A stretch of 64,000 nt of DNA from Paraspadella gotoi (lineage: Eukaryota > Animalia > Chaetognatha): NCBI GenBank assembly GCA_051294375.1, contig CM119269.1, positions 6,371,919 to 6,435,918 of the forward strand. The letters run 5' to 3'. Positions 36,453-51,786 of this stretch are shown one piece after another. The translations under genes and the position numbers were made by a program. The notes below the pieces were generated by a model. That model made no database searches. It worked only from the letters and a program-made list of their open reading frames with translations, and was not told the DNA's origin. The stretch's first letter is position 1; each line of letters starts with the position of its first letter.

Positions 36453-36769
36453 CTGTCGGGGAGAAGGGGGTGGGTGTTGACCGAAGAGGCGGTTTGGAGG
36501 CGTAAGGGAGGAAAAGGGCGGAAAAGGGGAGAAAGAAAAATAAATATTGAAACGTTGAAAAATGATTAAAAAGGTGTGACGATTCATTCATTCCACGAAA
36601 AATCCATTTTAATCTCGTAAAATTCTATAGGGAGTTGACGCTCTGACTTCCGGTCCTCACAATTTTTTCTCCGGTAGTGGGAAGGAGAGGGTGGGGCAGG
36701 GCGGAAAGGTAATTTCTTTGTTTGACTATTCTAAATGATTTTTAAAGTTGTGGAAGTGGAGAGGTTCGA

Positions 36770-36828
<59 letters not shown>

Positions 36829-37180
36829 GGCGGACCGGCGATAGAATCACACCGCCTCAAATCCGCAAATCCCCATTGGTTCAGCAGTTGTTCCATCCAT
36901 CCCCGCGTTGGCTTAGCGTTACGCTACTATTGTAACCGCGTCACTGGCAGGAGCGATATTAAAATTGACTTTGGAAAACGAAAAATGCGTAAACCATGAA
37001 AAAATCGATTACTTATGACCCAATATGTACATATTTGAACCGCAGCTGCAAGCTTTCGCATAGGGCCGCACCAGGGCGCCGTTGGAGGGCGCCGCTTTAA
37101 GAGCGCCGTGAAGAAGTGCCATTCGATGTTGAGCGCAGAATCTCAGCATCTTAACCAGTGACTCTCACCGGAAGTCAAGG

Positions 37181-37222
<42 letters not shown>

Positions 37223-37398
37223 TCCCCCTTTACCCTCTGGCGGAGAAAGGCGGAGGCTTCAATATGCAAATTTAATTGAGTCTGCGGGACTTAAGACGCT
37301 TAGAAGTGGCTTTGGCCCCAGAGTTAACGAGACAAGATTCCGGATCGAACGTTCGCCCGCTTTTCATTTTCAGTCTAGTCTCTCTCTCTGACTCTCTC

Positions 37399-37446
<48 letters not shown>

Positions 37447-38008
37447 TGCGATCAATTTTCGACCTTAAACGATAGCCATTTTGATAATTAATATAACTGA
37501 GAGTTGATATTTTATGAACTCTAATATTTAATTAATTTATGTTGTGAGGTGAGCGGCGATGAGCGGTGAAGTGACTGGTTCACGAGCCCTCAGATGAAAA
37601 TTAGTCTCATTAATCATGAACGCAAATCGCAACTGTGAACATCGCAAACAGCAGCGAACAGCAATCAGCAGCAACGATGACGGGCGACGTCACATTGACT
37701 TTGACGATCGCAGCTGTGAATATCGGAAAAGAAGATGATTACAAATATAATTAAATATAGAAATATATTTGTGATATTAATTATTATAAGTACATTGGTC
37801 TTCTTGGGAGAGAAATAATTAAATATCGAGAATAACTGTCAGGTAATATTGGACAAAAAAGAGAAGGATGAGGAAGAGGAGAAAAGCAGTTGAGAGAAGA
37901 AAGAAGAAGAAGAGGAAGAGGAAAGAAGAAGAAGAAGAAGAAGAAGAAAGAAGAAGAAGAAGAAGAGAAGAAGAGAAGAGAAGAAGAGAAGAAGAAGAAG
38001 AAGAAGAA

Positions 38009-38049
<41 letters not shown>

Positions 38050-38524
38050 AAAAGGACAGGAAAGTCAAACAGTAAAAAAGAAGGAAAGGAAATTAAAAGA
38101 CAAGGTTTTAAAATTGTTCGAGCGAGCACGTATGATGATGATTGCTGCTTTATTTGAAAATTTTGAGCAAGACTGGTTTTTCCCGAATATGATGGAAAAG
38201 TAATTAAAAAGTAAGTGAAAAAAAGCTGCCGAGCTGAGTTATATTTTCCTTCTTTCTCTATTTGTTTCATTTCTTTTTTATTTTATCTTTAAATATTATA
38301 ATTCAAATTTTTGTACGGTTCATTGAAGTTACTACAACGTCATTTAATGTTCAATGTAAACACAAAATAAGTTAAAACATATTTATTTCATTTATTGTTT
38401 TCAAATGTTAATTGTACAAAACATCTCAAAAATTCAAATTTTTAAACTGTGATTTATTCTTCCAATTTTGAAACAATCAAGCAAAAAAGGTTCCATCGGG
38501 TGTTGACCGCCCGAAGACAAGCGA

Positions 38525-39335
38525 TCAAGCAAAGGGCTCTATGGGGTATTGACCGCCAAACCTGGCCATCTTGCCGTTGATCGGACCCACAAAGAACTTG
38601 TCAGACTCCATGAAGGCTTTCATCTTGGGCTCGTCCAACATGCGTTGATGGTAAGCCTTCAGCTTTGGAAACGCATCCAGGCATCCGGGTTTAAATAGCT
38701 GATGGACGTCGAACATCTCGAAGAAAATAAAGTCGGCCCAAGTGATGCTCTCTCCTGCCATCCAGGGATGGTCGCCGAGGTACTTCTCAAAAGGCTCCAA
38801 CTTCTTGACAAGAGCTTCAACGTACTTGGTCGCCTCTTCCGAGAAATCCCCTTCGCCGGAGCCGTAGCAAAGTTGGACCCAACCAGAGCGGAAATCGATT
38901 ATCTGCTCTGCAGCGAGGTCGCAGCTGGGGGGAATTGAAACAATTTCCATTGATAGATTCATTAATAAAATAAATATTCATTTTAAATTTTACAATTAGT
39001 AATTGTGTATCTTGTATACCCCAACAGCTCAACCCTCCCTTCTCTGACCGGTCCTTCTCCGCATCAGTCTTGCCCAACATATCGTATTTTCGCGCCAAGT
39101 GGCGCAAAATGGCGCAGCTTTGAGTCAGCACCACGTCGCCGTTCTTGTAATAAGGCAGATTCGGGAAATCTAGACCGAGGTTGAACTTTTCCTTCGTCCA
39201 AGCGGCGGGACTAAACTCAGGACCGTCGGTCACATCGTATCGGACGTCTTCGAAATCCTCGCCCGCGTAGCCCAGCAGCATGCGGATCGGCTGCGCCAGA
39301 CCGCGTATTTTCCAGTAGCCCAACGTGGATGGCAT
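38525..39335 (-). CDS. GSTM: Glutathione S-transferase, mu class
   Basis: Exons 39335-39049 and 38924-38525 (124-nt GT-AG intron), 228 aa; LGYWKIRGLAQPIRMLL, mu-loop DGPEFSPAAW..EKFNLGLDFPNLPYY, TQSCAILRHLARKY, CLDAFPKLKAY. Confidence 0.93.
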
Positions 39336-40133
39336 GATGGATATAGAGATAGAGAAAGATTGAGAGAGAGACGACGCGAAAATCTAGAGGACTGGCGATG
39401 GAAAAGGAGGGAAGATTTGATTTTGAATTTTCTTTATATATATATATCGATGAAAAACGGTGAACACAACAGGTAAATTTGAATGCAATAAAATACAATG
39501 TTCAATAAAAACGATAAAATAAGTTATAACAAAAATTATGTTGGAGTGCGTGGGTATCTTTTGGAGCGAAGATTACCATCATTTTTATAGTTGTAATGAC
39601 ATTTCATTTTTATAGTTTTTTCTCGGAGATCGTAAAACGTTTATAACTTTCGCCAAAAAGCCGATAAGAATGCTATGAAACTCCGGATCGAAATTCTCTT
39701 CAATTTAACTGGTTCATCGACCGGTTTTTTCTCTCGTGTTCAATGACTAAAGAAACAAGGCGATGAAAAAAAAAAATACTGTCTGAAAGTTTGAATGACG
39801 TGTCATGTCTGAATATTTGGATTTGAGGAAAAAAACTATACCGCTGATTACAACCTTCAATCAGTCGCGTCGTTTTATTAGTCGTCTCTCTTAAGCAAAA
39901 GTGTCATCAAATTTTCTTTCTGTCTTTCGTATTTCTCTTTGCCTTTTTCCCATAAGAACTCCGATAACTCGAGATTTATAGGATCGAACCTTTTTCCATA
40001 ACGCTTTTCAAACTAAAAAGGGTTTTGGTGGAGTCGCGTTTCTACGTGACTAAAAATTTGACAATATCGAGAGTATCCAAACATGAGAGGATTAAGATTT
40101 ATTTTTTTACATGTATCTGAACATTAGTAAATA

Positions 40134-40755
40134 CAGTGTGTCCCAATGGTACTGTCGGTTAAGTTTTACATATTGTGCGGAACTGCGTTATTAAATGTTA
40201 TTTCTGAGATAACAATGTCAAAGATAAGTTCTTACCATTTATGATACTATATTTTGAATTCAATTTTTCTCAATTTTTCTTTGCAGAACATTCAATTTAA
40301 ATGAGTCCTCATTTCTCAATTTTTTCAATTTTTAGATAATTTTTTTTGTTTAGAATAAATTTTATTAAAAAAAATCATGTAAAAAAAAGATATAAATTAT
40401 AAATTTTAATTTTGTATAAAATAAGTGCATTAATAAAAATAAATAACAAATATTAAAAAAAAATAAAAAAGTTGATAAAAATTTTAATTTTATTATTTCA
40501 ATAGTATGAAAAATATTTACTAAATATTAAAAATTATATAAAGTAAGAATTTTTTAAAAAAAATCTATGAAAATTTTATACCATTTGCTTTATGTAATAA
40601 ATACAGGAGTTTGCTTGGTTAAATTTTTAAAATTTAGGTATCCTATAAAATGATCCATACTTGTGCGCATATTCATTATAATGAATTAAAGTTTTTTCGA
40701 TCTGGTATAGGAGCAGTAAGCTTTTCTTAACAGACAGCACCATTTGGACACACTG
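40134..40755. mobile_element. Tc1/mariner-type MITE (CAGTG TIRs, TA TSD)
   Basis: TA|CAGTGTGTCCCAATGGTACTGTCGGTTAAG ... CTTAACAGACAGCACCATTTGGACACACTG|TA; 30-bp TIR with 3 mismatches; AT-rich non-coding interior. Confidence 0.85.
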
Positions 40756-41952
40756 TACAACACAATTGTATTGACTTTCTTAAAATTACAATTTAAGGGA
40801 TCATTAACAACCGGTTTGCGATGTAGACGCCTACAAGATTATGTTTTAAGGTTTTCTTTTGAAATACTTCTAGTCAGGAAAACTCGATTGTCAAGAATAC
40901 AGTGGAATCGAATTATAGCAAAAGGTGTTCGTCTCGTTTGAGAGAAAAGAAAAACCAACAAAGTAGGGGGGGGGAAATTAAGCAAGATCAGAAAGAAGAT
41001 TATGGAAAAGAGAAACACGGACAGGAAAATCTAAAGTAGGGAGAAAGACTTAAATTGCGTTAAATGGAAACGACGTGAAACAAGAGAAGAGAGTAACAGA
41101 AAGAAAAAAAAAAGAGTAAATCGCATCGAAGAAATGAGGAACGGGAGTTAACTAGGAAACTTATCAGCGAGGGATGTAATATGATGTTTATAACTTTTTA
41201 TTTTGCATTTGAAAATTTGATTTAACAATAAAAAAAATAGTTTCAAGTGATCCGAGAAAAGAAAGTGAGTGACGGAGAGGTAAAGAGAAAAGAGGCTAGT
41301 GGCGATTATGAAGGAAAACAAGGAAAAACTTCATGGGATTCAACTCGACTACAAAACCAACAAGAAGGAGAATAATAAAAACAACATAAACAACAACAAA
41401 AATAACCTCAGACTAAAATAATAGAAAAAAAAAATTAACAAACAGCAATTATCATAAAAGCAAAACAAAAACCAATAAAGACAAAAACAAAAAAAAAACC
41501 CAGCAATACAACCACAACGACAACGATCACAAAAACAACAATATAAGCAACAAAAAAAAAAACAACAACGATCACAAGAACAACAACGACGACGAGCGCC
41601 GAGAGCTTCTTTCGCAGGTGGCGCGACTCGGCGGTGAGGATTCGAGCAAATGCGTCGGATACAACGGAAGTAAACAACCCGGAGGGAAAGCAGGGGGCGG
41701 CGGCGACGGCGGCAGCGGCTGCGGCGGCAGCGGCGGTGGAGGCGGCAAAGAGGAGGCGGCGGCGATGACAAAGACTGAGGAGGCGACGCTATTACGGGAA
41801 CCGGTGTCAGTGGTGGCGCCAGCGGCTGTGACGGCGGCGGCGGCGGCGGCGGCGGCGGGAAAGTGAGACAAGAAAAAAAATTATGTTTCACTCTTAACTT
41901 CTCTTCTAATTTCTGTCACGGATTAAATCTCGTCACGGAAATTCTTGCCGCA

Positions 41953-42030
41953 GCCGCCGCATCCGCTTCAGCCGCCGCATCCGCTTCAGCCGCCGCGTCC
42001 GCTTCAGCCGCCGCATCCGCTTCAGCCGCC
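41953..42030. repeat. 18-bp minisatellite GCCGCCGCATCCGCTTCA x4
   Basis: Direct inspection. Confidence 0.85.
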
Positions 42031-43642
42031 GCAGCCGTCGCAGTACGACTGTCTCCTACGCGTTACGTTGGAGACAGAGTTGCAAGACCCTCGCTAACAT
42101 CCGACCTCGTCTTCCAACTGAGCCACCTTCTCTAACTCCGATCACCTCAGCTTCCACTACGACCACTCCCTTTTCTACATCTGACTAGAAACCACTAGAG
42201 TGAAGTGAAAGTTTGGAATCAAAATTTAACAGTTTAGCATTTTAAATATAGTTTTTTTTATTTTTTCAATTTATTTTTACGTAATCTGAATTTTTTAAAA
42301 AGGAAAATACTTTCTTTTCTCTACTTTTTGCAACGAATCCAAATCCTTCACTAATGTAAAAATTTTAAAAATAATTTTTATGGGTTTTTATTCTTAAATT
42401 CTATATGCTAGATTTTAATTTCATAAAATATTATTATTTTCACGTTACTCTAGTCTAATAACCACCCCCTTCTCCCCTTTCCCACCCAACCACAAAGTTC
42501 CACCACAACAACCCCTCTTCCGCCTTCAACCCCACCATCCCACCGCGACCACCTCCAACATCCAACCACCCCCCTCCAATCCACCCTCCACCCTATTAGA
42601 ATCTTCTCTTTTCAAATCGTCATCTTCTTTTTCTTCCCCAAATAAATCTGCAGAGATTTTCGAATCTCGATGTATACGCAAATCTTTTTTCTTCCTTTTT
42701 TTTTCTTCTCATAATCGCATTAGAGTCGCAGATGCAATTTTCCTCTCTTTTCCTTTTTCCTCAAGACGCAATGAGACGTAATTTTTTTTTGGTCGCTCTG
42801 TCTGACTGACTGTTGGTAGATATTATATCAAAAGGTTGAGCGAAACGCTAAAAAGTTGGTTATGTATATTAGTATTAAAACAAATAAAAAGAAGAGCATC
42901 AGGAAAGAAAATAAAACTATGCTATTACAATTATGATATTATTCGATGAAAATTTAAAAAAAAACCTTTAATAAAGAAAAGTAGGGTTAATGTTTGTACG
43001 GATTTTTAATAATTTGGAAAGAGCCGCTACAAATTGAACCTTAAAAAAACTTTTTTTTTTAATAATTTTTTTTCTTTCTCATCCTTTAATATTTTTTTAC
43101 AGTTTCTTTGTCTGCTTTCTGATTTTCCCCCCATTTTTGTGTTTTTTTTTGTGTTTTTTTTTTTTTTATTAATTCTATTTTAATGTCGGAATTTCTTCGT
43201 GTTTTGCACTGATAGTCGAAAAATGTGAAAAGAGGACGACGACGACGACAACGACGATGATGATAACCAAGACGCCGACAGCAATACAGAAGACAACCAA
43301 TCTTTGTCAACAAACAAGAAGATGGTGATGTCTGTAAACAGTCGCAGATGTTTTCATACACCATAGATTACCGAATATTGTTCTCCGTTTTCCCCGGCAA
43401 TGCGATTTTTGTCTATGTGTGTCTTTATTGTCCTTAAAAGATAAAACCGACGACGACGACGACGACGNNNNNNNNNNCGACGACGGTCCAGTCACGCCCA
43501 TGATCGAGGGGCGCGGAATTCCGGCGAATCCATTATGCAAATGAAGGCATTACTCTTAATCTCGTGGGAACGAGGCCTGAAAATAACCGATAAACGAATT
43601 TTTTTAAAACCCGAAATTGACAGTTTTTTCTCCTAGAGTTAA

Positions 43643-43667
<25 letters not shown>

Positions 43668-43715
<48 letters not shown>

Positions 43716-43729
43716 TTAATAATAATAAT
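43668..43729. repeat. (AAT)n microsatellite
   Basis: Direct inspection. Confidence 0.9.
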
Positions 43730-44157
43730 TTTTGTATTTGTTTTATCAATTCATATATTCTCTCTTTAGTTTTTATTATATTTATTGTTGCTTGCTTACT
43801 TTTATTGTCTCCCGTAAGAAACATAAAACATACCTCAAATTTGAATCCCTGATTCTAAATCTCTCTCTCTCTCTCTTTGCACTTTTCCACCACGCATCCT
43901 TAGTCAAATTTTAGCGACATCAAATACGCGACTCAAAGAAAAGCAAGAAGGTAAGAATAAAGCGCTGAAACCAAATACCAAAAAAATTAAAAAATGGCAG
44001 AAAAGTTCACAAAAAGCGATAAAAAATGAATATAAAAATAAAAAATAAATAAATAAAGCAAAGAAACTGTTTTCTCGCTTCTCCGACCTCAAGAAAGAAA
44101 GCGGCGAGAAATTTCGTCTATCGGTTTATCGGTTTATTATTCCCGTCTCGTGGGAAA

Positions 44158-44218
<61 letters not shown>

Positions 44219-45002
44219 TTCTCCTTTCCTTCCAACGCAGACTTTTTTAAAATCAATATTTTTTATTAAAACCCTCGACTCAAGACTCGAGAGTCGAGCA
44301 ATCTCGCTTGGATCCAGATGCCCTTTTGTCGGATCCGCGATTTCACAAGTCGCTTTCATCGCCCTCTCTCGTCTGTGACAGAAAATCTCGTAAATAAAGA
44401 TGTTCTCTATTTTTTTTTGATTGACGATTTCATTTGTCTCATCGATCTCCATTTCTCGATGTCATTTTGTTTGTTCGTTGTTGAATTCAGATTGACTTCT
44501 GTTTGATTCGCTATTGCAATTACGCAATGTAGCCTGTTCAAAGTCATAGTTATTTGAAAAAAAGGATAATTTTTGTTTTAATTTTACAATTGAAATCTAA
44601 ACTCCCTCTATCGTAATCGCCCTAAAGTCTCCTAGAATCCAGATGCTATCTTGTTTATTCATCGACTTCATCCCATTCGGATCTCGCCTCCTTTTAAAAT
44701 TTACGCTCCTTCGGCTCACAACTGCCAACCCCCAGACCTCTCCTTACCTTTTTCTCACAATCACAGACTAAACAATAATCATCAAGGTGATTGTCACGTC
44801 CTCTCCTCGTCTCCAGCAATCATCGACCAATCTTCCAATCACAGGCTACATTTTCTTTACTACTGCCCCCTTCCGGACCCCTAACCCCTCCACATCCCCT
44901 GTCTCTCCCGGTCACCTCTTCCACACCAACGACCTCTAGAAACGTCAACAGCTCAACTCCGACGCGCAGCTGAGAGCAAATCGAAGGAAACAAAATGTCA
45001 AG

Positions 45003-45310
45003 ATGACGAAGACGTCGTCGTCATCGTCGTCGTCATCTTCGTCGACGTCGTCGTCATCTTCGTCGTCGTCATCGTCGACGTCGTCGTCATCGTCATCTTC
45101 GTCGTCGTCATCGTCGTCGTCGTCATCTTCGTCGTCTTAATCGTCTGGTTTATCGTCCTTCGTTAAAAAATTAACGTCGGCGTCGTAAACATCAAAGTCG
45201 TCGTCATATCGTCCTTTCTATTGTCGTCGTTTTCGTCGTCGTCGTTATCTTCTACGTCTTGATTTTTGTCGTCGTCGTCTTGGTAGTCATCGTCGTCGTC
45301 GTCGTCTTCC
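45003..45310. repeat. Degenerate (GTC/ATC)n trinucleotide tract
   Basis: Direct inspection. Confidence 0.85.
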
Positions 45311-48105
45311 TCGTCGTTCGCGAAATGGGAAAATCTCTGGCAATGAAGAGAAAATCACGATTTCATTTCCCTCGGTTCGTGCATCGGGAGGCAAGCATGC
45401 TTGGTGGCTGGGACGTGTAGAGCTTAGAGGGGTAGTCGCTAGACGGTGCACATCGTCCACAAAGTCAATGGAACAAAAAAGATAATAAAGAAAAATTAAA
45501 GAGAAAGCGACAGTTGACAAGATGTTACTGATGAGAGAAAAAAATTAAGTTATGCAAAAAAAATTCTATTAAAAGCATTATTTTAGAAATTATCTAATTT
45601 AATTTAGAAATTACTGTAATTACTGTAATTATATATTTGTAATTTAAAAAGTCACAATAATGATGATGACATTAAAAAGAATCTTTTATGAAATGAAATG
45701 ACGATGAAGAGGACGCCGATGACGATGACGACGACGATAATGACGACGACGCCGACGACGATAATGACGACGACGACGACCCCACTTTGAGATTTAATTC
45801 CCCATTGAATCCATTTGTGCTCTTTCGAGACGAGGGAATAGAAAAGGGGTTCGACTTGGTGAGGAAAAGGGAAAAAATGATCATAAAACTTTTGAGGGCC
45901 AAAAAAGAAAGAGGCGAAAAAAAAGGAAGGATGGAAAATGTAGGGTTAAAAAAAAAAAACCAAATCTGAAAAAAGGTGAAAATTTTATGAAAAATACGGC
46001 ATCGATAGGAGACAGAAATAATGGAAAAAATGATGTAAGAATAGAAAATATAATAATCAACGAAACTCGAGCTGTTTTAAAGGAAGAAAAAGGAAAACAA
46101 GAAAATTAAAAACAATTAAGAACGGAAGAAAATATAGAAATAGAGTAAATATTAGGAAAAAAAGGAAAAACAAGAAAATGCATAGAAAAACAAAGAGAAG
46201 AAAAAGAGAAGAAAGGGGAAAGAAGAAAAAAATAAAAGGAGAATAAAAAGGAAGAAGAGAATGAACGTTTGGGGGGAAAACTCATTGGAAGGATATGGTA
46301 TAAAAAGGAGAAAAGGGAAAACGCAAAGGAAAAGAGTAAAAGAAAAGAGAGAGGCTTTAGTCTTTTCAAAAAAGGGGAAAAAAAAGGAATAAGGGAAAGG
46401 GAAAGCGAGGATCGATGCCCCAGAAACGTCGGGGAAAAGCGGAGGAGATTCTGGGTGCCATAGATTCCATTTAAGGTTGGGCCTCTTTTGTCCTTGAGCC
46501 GATTCCTTTCAGGACGAGATTCAGATTCGTCTTGGTTACTCTGATTGGACCGACTTTTATCGCCGCCCCCACTCGAACGCCCCCTTCATTCTCACTCCCG
46601 GTGAAAAGGGGGGGTGTGAAACTAATGGGGAGAGGTCGAGAGGAGGAAGAGCTTTCTCTCTTCAAAGGGAGGGTGGGGGGTGGACAACGCGGTTCCATTC
46701 TCACGGCCTCCATAGTTCACAGTCTCTCTCTTTCTTTTTCTCATCGTGAATCCTCCCCCAGCATCTTCTACATCATCTTCTCCATCATTTTCCTGACCCT
46801 CGATGGACCTTCGGTTGGTAACAATCTCCATTTCCCACGCAGTCCTCCTTTCTTTTCCCGCCAAATTCAGGAACTTTTTTTTTTCTAGATTTTTTTTTCC
46901 TTTTAAGGATATTTTCGGTGTTTTTTCTTGGGGCCTTATTTTATTATATTTTTTCTTTTATCTTCATACTATCATAAAAGTTCTATTCTTTATTCACTCT
47001 TCTCTAGTTAAATATAACGTGTCTGTCTTAAAGACGGTCTCTAAATTTTTAATATATTTTAAAGTATTTTCAATTTTTAGCCTTTCTGAAACCATTTCAA
47101 TTTGGGTTTTTAATTGTTATTTTTAACCTCCTCATTTTTTTCCCCCGGTTTCTCTGTTTTATTTTCAATATTTTTTCTAAATGTTTTTTTCCTTCTTTTC
47201 TTTTTCTCACTTCTTTCCTTTCCTTTACCCATTACATCCCTAATTTCCTTTCCTTTACCCATTACATCCCTAATTTCCAATCTCTATTTTCTCATCATTA
47301 CTTTCCTGATCTTTTTCAAACAAAATCTAAAACGATTCTCGTCTGCTCCCGCCGATAAAGCAGCCGGAGAAGCAGCGCAGCAGCCGCGGAACCAGACGCA
47401 GCAGCGGCGGCCGAAACGGCCATTTTCCCCTGAGGCGTCGCGGTCTCTTTCATTCCATAAAGTCGCGATTAAGGATTCGCCGGGTCGCCCCCTCTCCATT
47501 TCCATTCGGGCATGAGAACATAAGAACATCGATGACACTTTGACAATTGCCATTAGTATTAACGTTAATATCGTTATGACAGTCATTTTTAGGAATGATT
47601 ATCGTTCTTTCTGCCATTTCGATCATCGTTGGCTCCGTAAGGTTTCGCTGGCATTGCCACCGACCAATGGACGGTTTCCTCAATTAAAGATAATTTTACT
47701 CAACGTGATACATGAATTAAGTTATTGTACGGATTCAACGTTAGTTATTCCACGTTAATACAAAAAAAACTTATTTTTATAGATAAAAAAATTCTCACTT
47801 TTCCTGCCTTGACATTCAAAACGTTTAGTATTTAACATCTGTGTGACGGATTAACTTTTTTTTTCAGATGATTTAAAACAACGAGTTTTTAAAAACATTT
47901 TTTTCCTTTTTTTCCTCAAGATTGGCCAATGGGGAAGCGTGGCTGCAAATTCTCTCTCTTTCATGAGTCATTCCGCAAAAGAGCATGAAGCATGCAATTC
48001 TGCAATCTGCAATCTTTGTTTATAATTCATGACAAAATTAATATTTTAAGTTTCAGCTGGCAGAGGAAGATTATTTTTTGTTTTGTTTTTGAGAGCTGGG
48101 AAAAT

Positions 48106-48231
<126 letters not shown>

Positions 48232-48854
48232 TCAGAGACAGAGATCAATTCCAGTGTGGTAAAAACCAACGGGGCGTTACCTTGGGCGTAGATCAAAAAT
48301 TTGAGGATAAAAGATCCGAATTTTGGTGAAATGAAGAATTTGACGTCTCGATCATTCTTCGATCCAGATTTCAGAGAATCCATTTTTGGTTTTTGGTTTT
48401 TGTTTTTCTCTTTTGTCTTTGTCCTTTTTTTTTTATTAACGAAGGCGCGCCTTCGCAAATTTATCCAAGTTTTTTTTTTAAGAATCAAAATGCGTTTCAG
48501 TTTATTTGTTTTTTGTTTTGTTTTTTTTTAGCGATTTTGTTTTTCGGTTTTGTTTTTGATTTATCTCGATCTTTCATTCGTTGGGAATCGCTTCGCCCCT
48601 CTAGCGGTCGACGTTCAGTGTTTTCTCGCGTCCGCCGTAACGAACCGCGCCCATCGTGGCGAGTTAGAGATGACGACGACGACGACGACGACGACGCAGA
48701 GGGAGAGCGAAGTCCAACCGTCAAAGGCCGAGAGATTTGCTCAATGTTTTCGTGGATTAGTAGAGAAATTGAATTAGAGTCGGACGAGGAGGGGAGACGA
48801 GGGCGGACGTAGAATCTGAGAAATAAATGAGCAAAACCCAGGGAATTAGAAAAT

Positions 48855-49631
<777 letters not shown>

Positions 49632-50171
49632 TTGCTAATTGATTTATGACACACAAAACGAGTGGATAAGAAAACAGTAAATTATCGCTAAAAATAAAAA
49701 AGTTGACGGAAAAGCGCTCATGACGGCGACATAAAAAGGAAGAGGAAGAAACCAATAACAAAGAACAATGTCATTAACGATGACAGTAAGAACAATAAGG
49801 AGAACAATGAGATGAACATCAAAACATCGAAAAGGAAGAATGATGATTACGATGATGACGGTGATTACGATGATGATTTTTTTCGTTTTTTTTTTTTTTG
49901 GCGCCGAATCAAAATCCGCGCAAAAATGTAAAATTGTCGTCGTCATCGTCGTCGTTGTCTCATTTCCTCATTGTGGATTTGGCTGCGAAACTCGTCGTCG
50001 TCCTCTTCCGAGTTGTCGCTGCTCATAACTGCTTCATCTTCATTCACGGGGGAGGGGGGGGAGAGGGCTGAGCCATGTAGGGTAGGGGGGTGGAGACTGG
50101 GGAGGGACAGAACTACAAGACTCTTTGTCTTCCCCATCGCTTTTCTCCATCAGCTTTAATCGCATTTGCTC

Positions 50172-50862
50172 TTTTTTATCGGCAGATCCCGACTCTATAA
50201 TTTACTTTGTCGGTCCGTCGGTCTGCCCCCTCATTATTCATTATTGGAAGGATGGATTGTAATAAAATTTTGTGTGTGGGTAGGGAAGTCGGTGATTGTG
50301 GAAATGTGTTTAAATGGAAAAAACCCAAAAATTCTATTTTACTATTTGAACGCCAATTACTCATGAGTGAATGAGGCGATTGACCTGAAATTTTGTATGT
50401 GGGTAGGAAAGTGTGTGATTAATCTGGAAATCAAGTTTCGATGGAATCGTCTGGGTGAAAATGAGTTTAAATGGAAGAAAACCTGTTTCACTAATTGATT
50501 ATGCTTTTTTTATATTAAATGTAAATAGAAGATGTATTAATTATTCAAATAATTAATCAGTTAATTAATCAATTAGTCAATAAATTAATCAATAATGAAA
50601 TAATCGGTCAATTAATCAATCAATTAATTATTTAATCAATCAATTTATTTTTCTATTAATTAATTATTCAATCTTTCCATTTATTTATCAATTAATTAAT
50701 CAATCAATCATTCAATCAAGTCAATTGTTATCGGCATTATTGTCGTCGTCGCCATCATCATCATCGTTGCTTTAGTTGTGGTCAGTGACACAAAGAATAA
50801 TTAATTAATTACCGCTAATGATCGTGGGCAGATCCGACATTGTTTGAACAAACTTGTTTTTT
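50172..50862 (+). mobile_element. DINE-1/Helentron-like non-autonomous element (5'-truncated, internally deleted)
   Basis: Head GCAGATCCCGACTCTATAATTTACTTTGTCGGTCCGTC; 3' sub-TIR GCAGATCCGAC + stem-loop TGTTTGAACAAAC + T-run at 50828-50862. Confidence 0.65.
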
Positions 50863-50989
50863 CGTCTTTTTTGATTTTTTTGGTCTTCTTTGTTTTTTTT
50901 GGTCTTTTTTGCTTTTTTTTTTCTTTTTCGCTTATTCTCCCCCCCTTCTTTGATTAATTAGACAATTAATTAATTTATTTTATCCAAAA

Positions 50990-51621
50990 TGTTTGTTTTG
51001 ATTGATTAATTAATTATTTATTAATTAATTAACTAATTGATTAATTAACTGATTAATTATTTGATTAATTAATACATCTTGTATTTACATTTAAAATAAA
51101 AAGAAAAAGAAGCATAATCAATTAGTGAAACAGGTTCTTTGTTTTTTCCATTTAAACTCATTTCCACTCAAACAATTCCATCGAAACTTGATTTCCAGTT
51201 TAATCACACACCTTTCTACCCAAATACAAAATTTTAAGTCAATCGCCCTACCCACTCATGAGTAATTGGTGTTCAAATAGTGAAATATATTTTTTTGTTT
51301 TTTCCATTTAAACTCATTTCCACTCGGATGATTCCATCGAAACTTCATATCCAGCTCAATCACACACTTCCCTATCCATACACAAAATTTCATTCCAATC
51401 CATCCATCTAATCACGTTTAATTGGTATTTTTTGCTAAGGCGGGACGGACGGACGGACGGACGGACGGACGGACGGACATCGTTTTTTTGCATAATTTAT
51501 CATAATTCGATGTTCTGACATGATATAAGTGAATGCCCGACAAGATTGAGGGGGCGGACCGACGGACCGACAAAGTAAATTATAGAGTCGGGATCTGCTG
51601 AAAGCAGATCCGACTAAAAAA
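50990..51621 (-). mobile_element. DINE-1/Helentron-like element, inverted copy
   Basis: Reverse strand starts TTTTTTAGTCGGATCTGCTTTCAGCAGATCCCGACT (hairpin), followed by (GTCC)n microsatellite and the same internal subrepeats. Confidence 0.7.
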
Positions 51622-51786
51622 TAGAGATTGAAACAAAAATTGTCAAACGAGGAGAGTCTTTTCGTCATAAAGAGGACCAGCTGTATCGAGAGCGCTCATT
51701 AAGAGAGACTCGGTTTCCATGGAGACCGTTCGTCCAAAGTTAATGAGACGCAAAGTTAATTCTCGTCGAATCAAAAAAAAAAAATG

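Noticed and set aside
41349-41891. Hydrophobic or Gly/Ala-rich ORFs
   Set aside because: Products of (ACA)n/(GGC)n low-complexity sequence; no splice or domain support.
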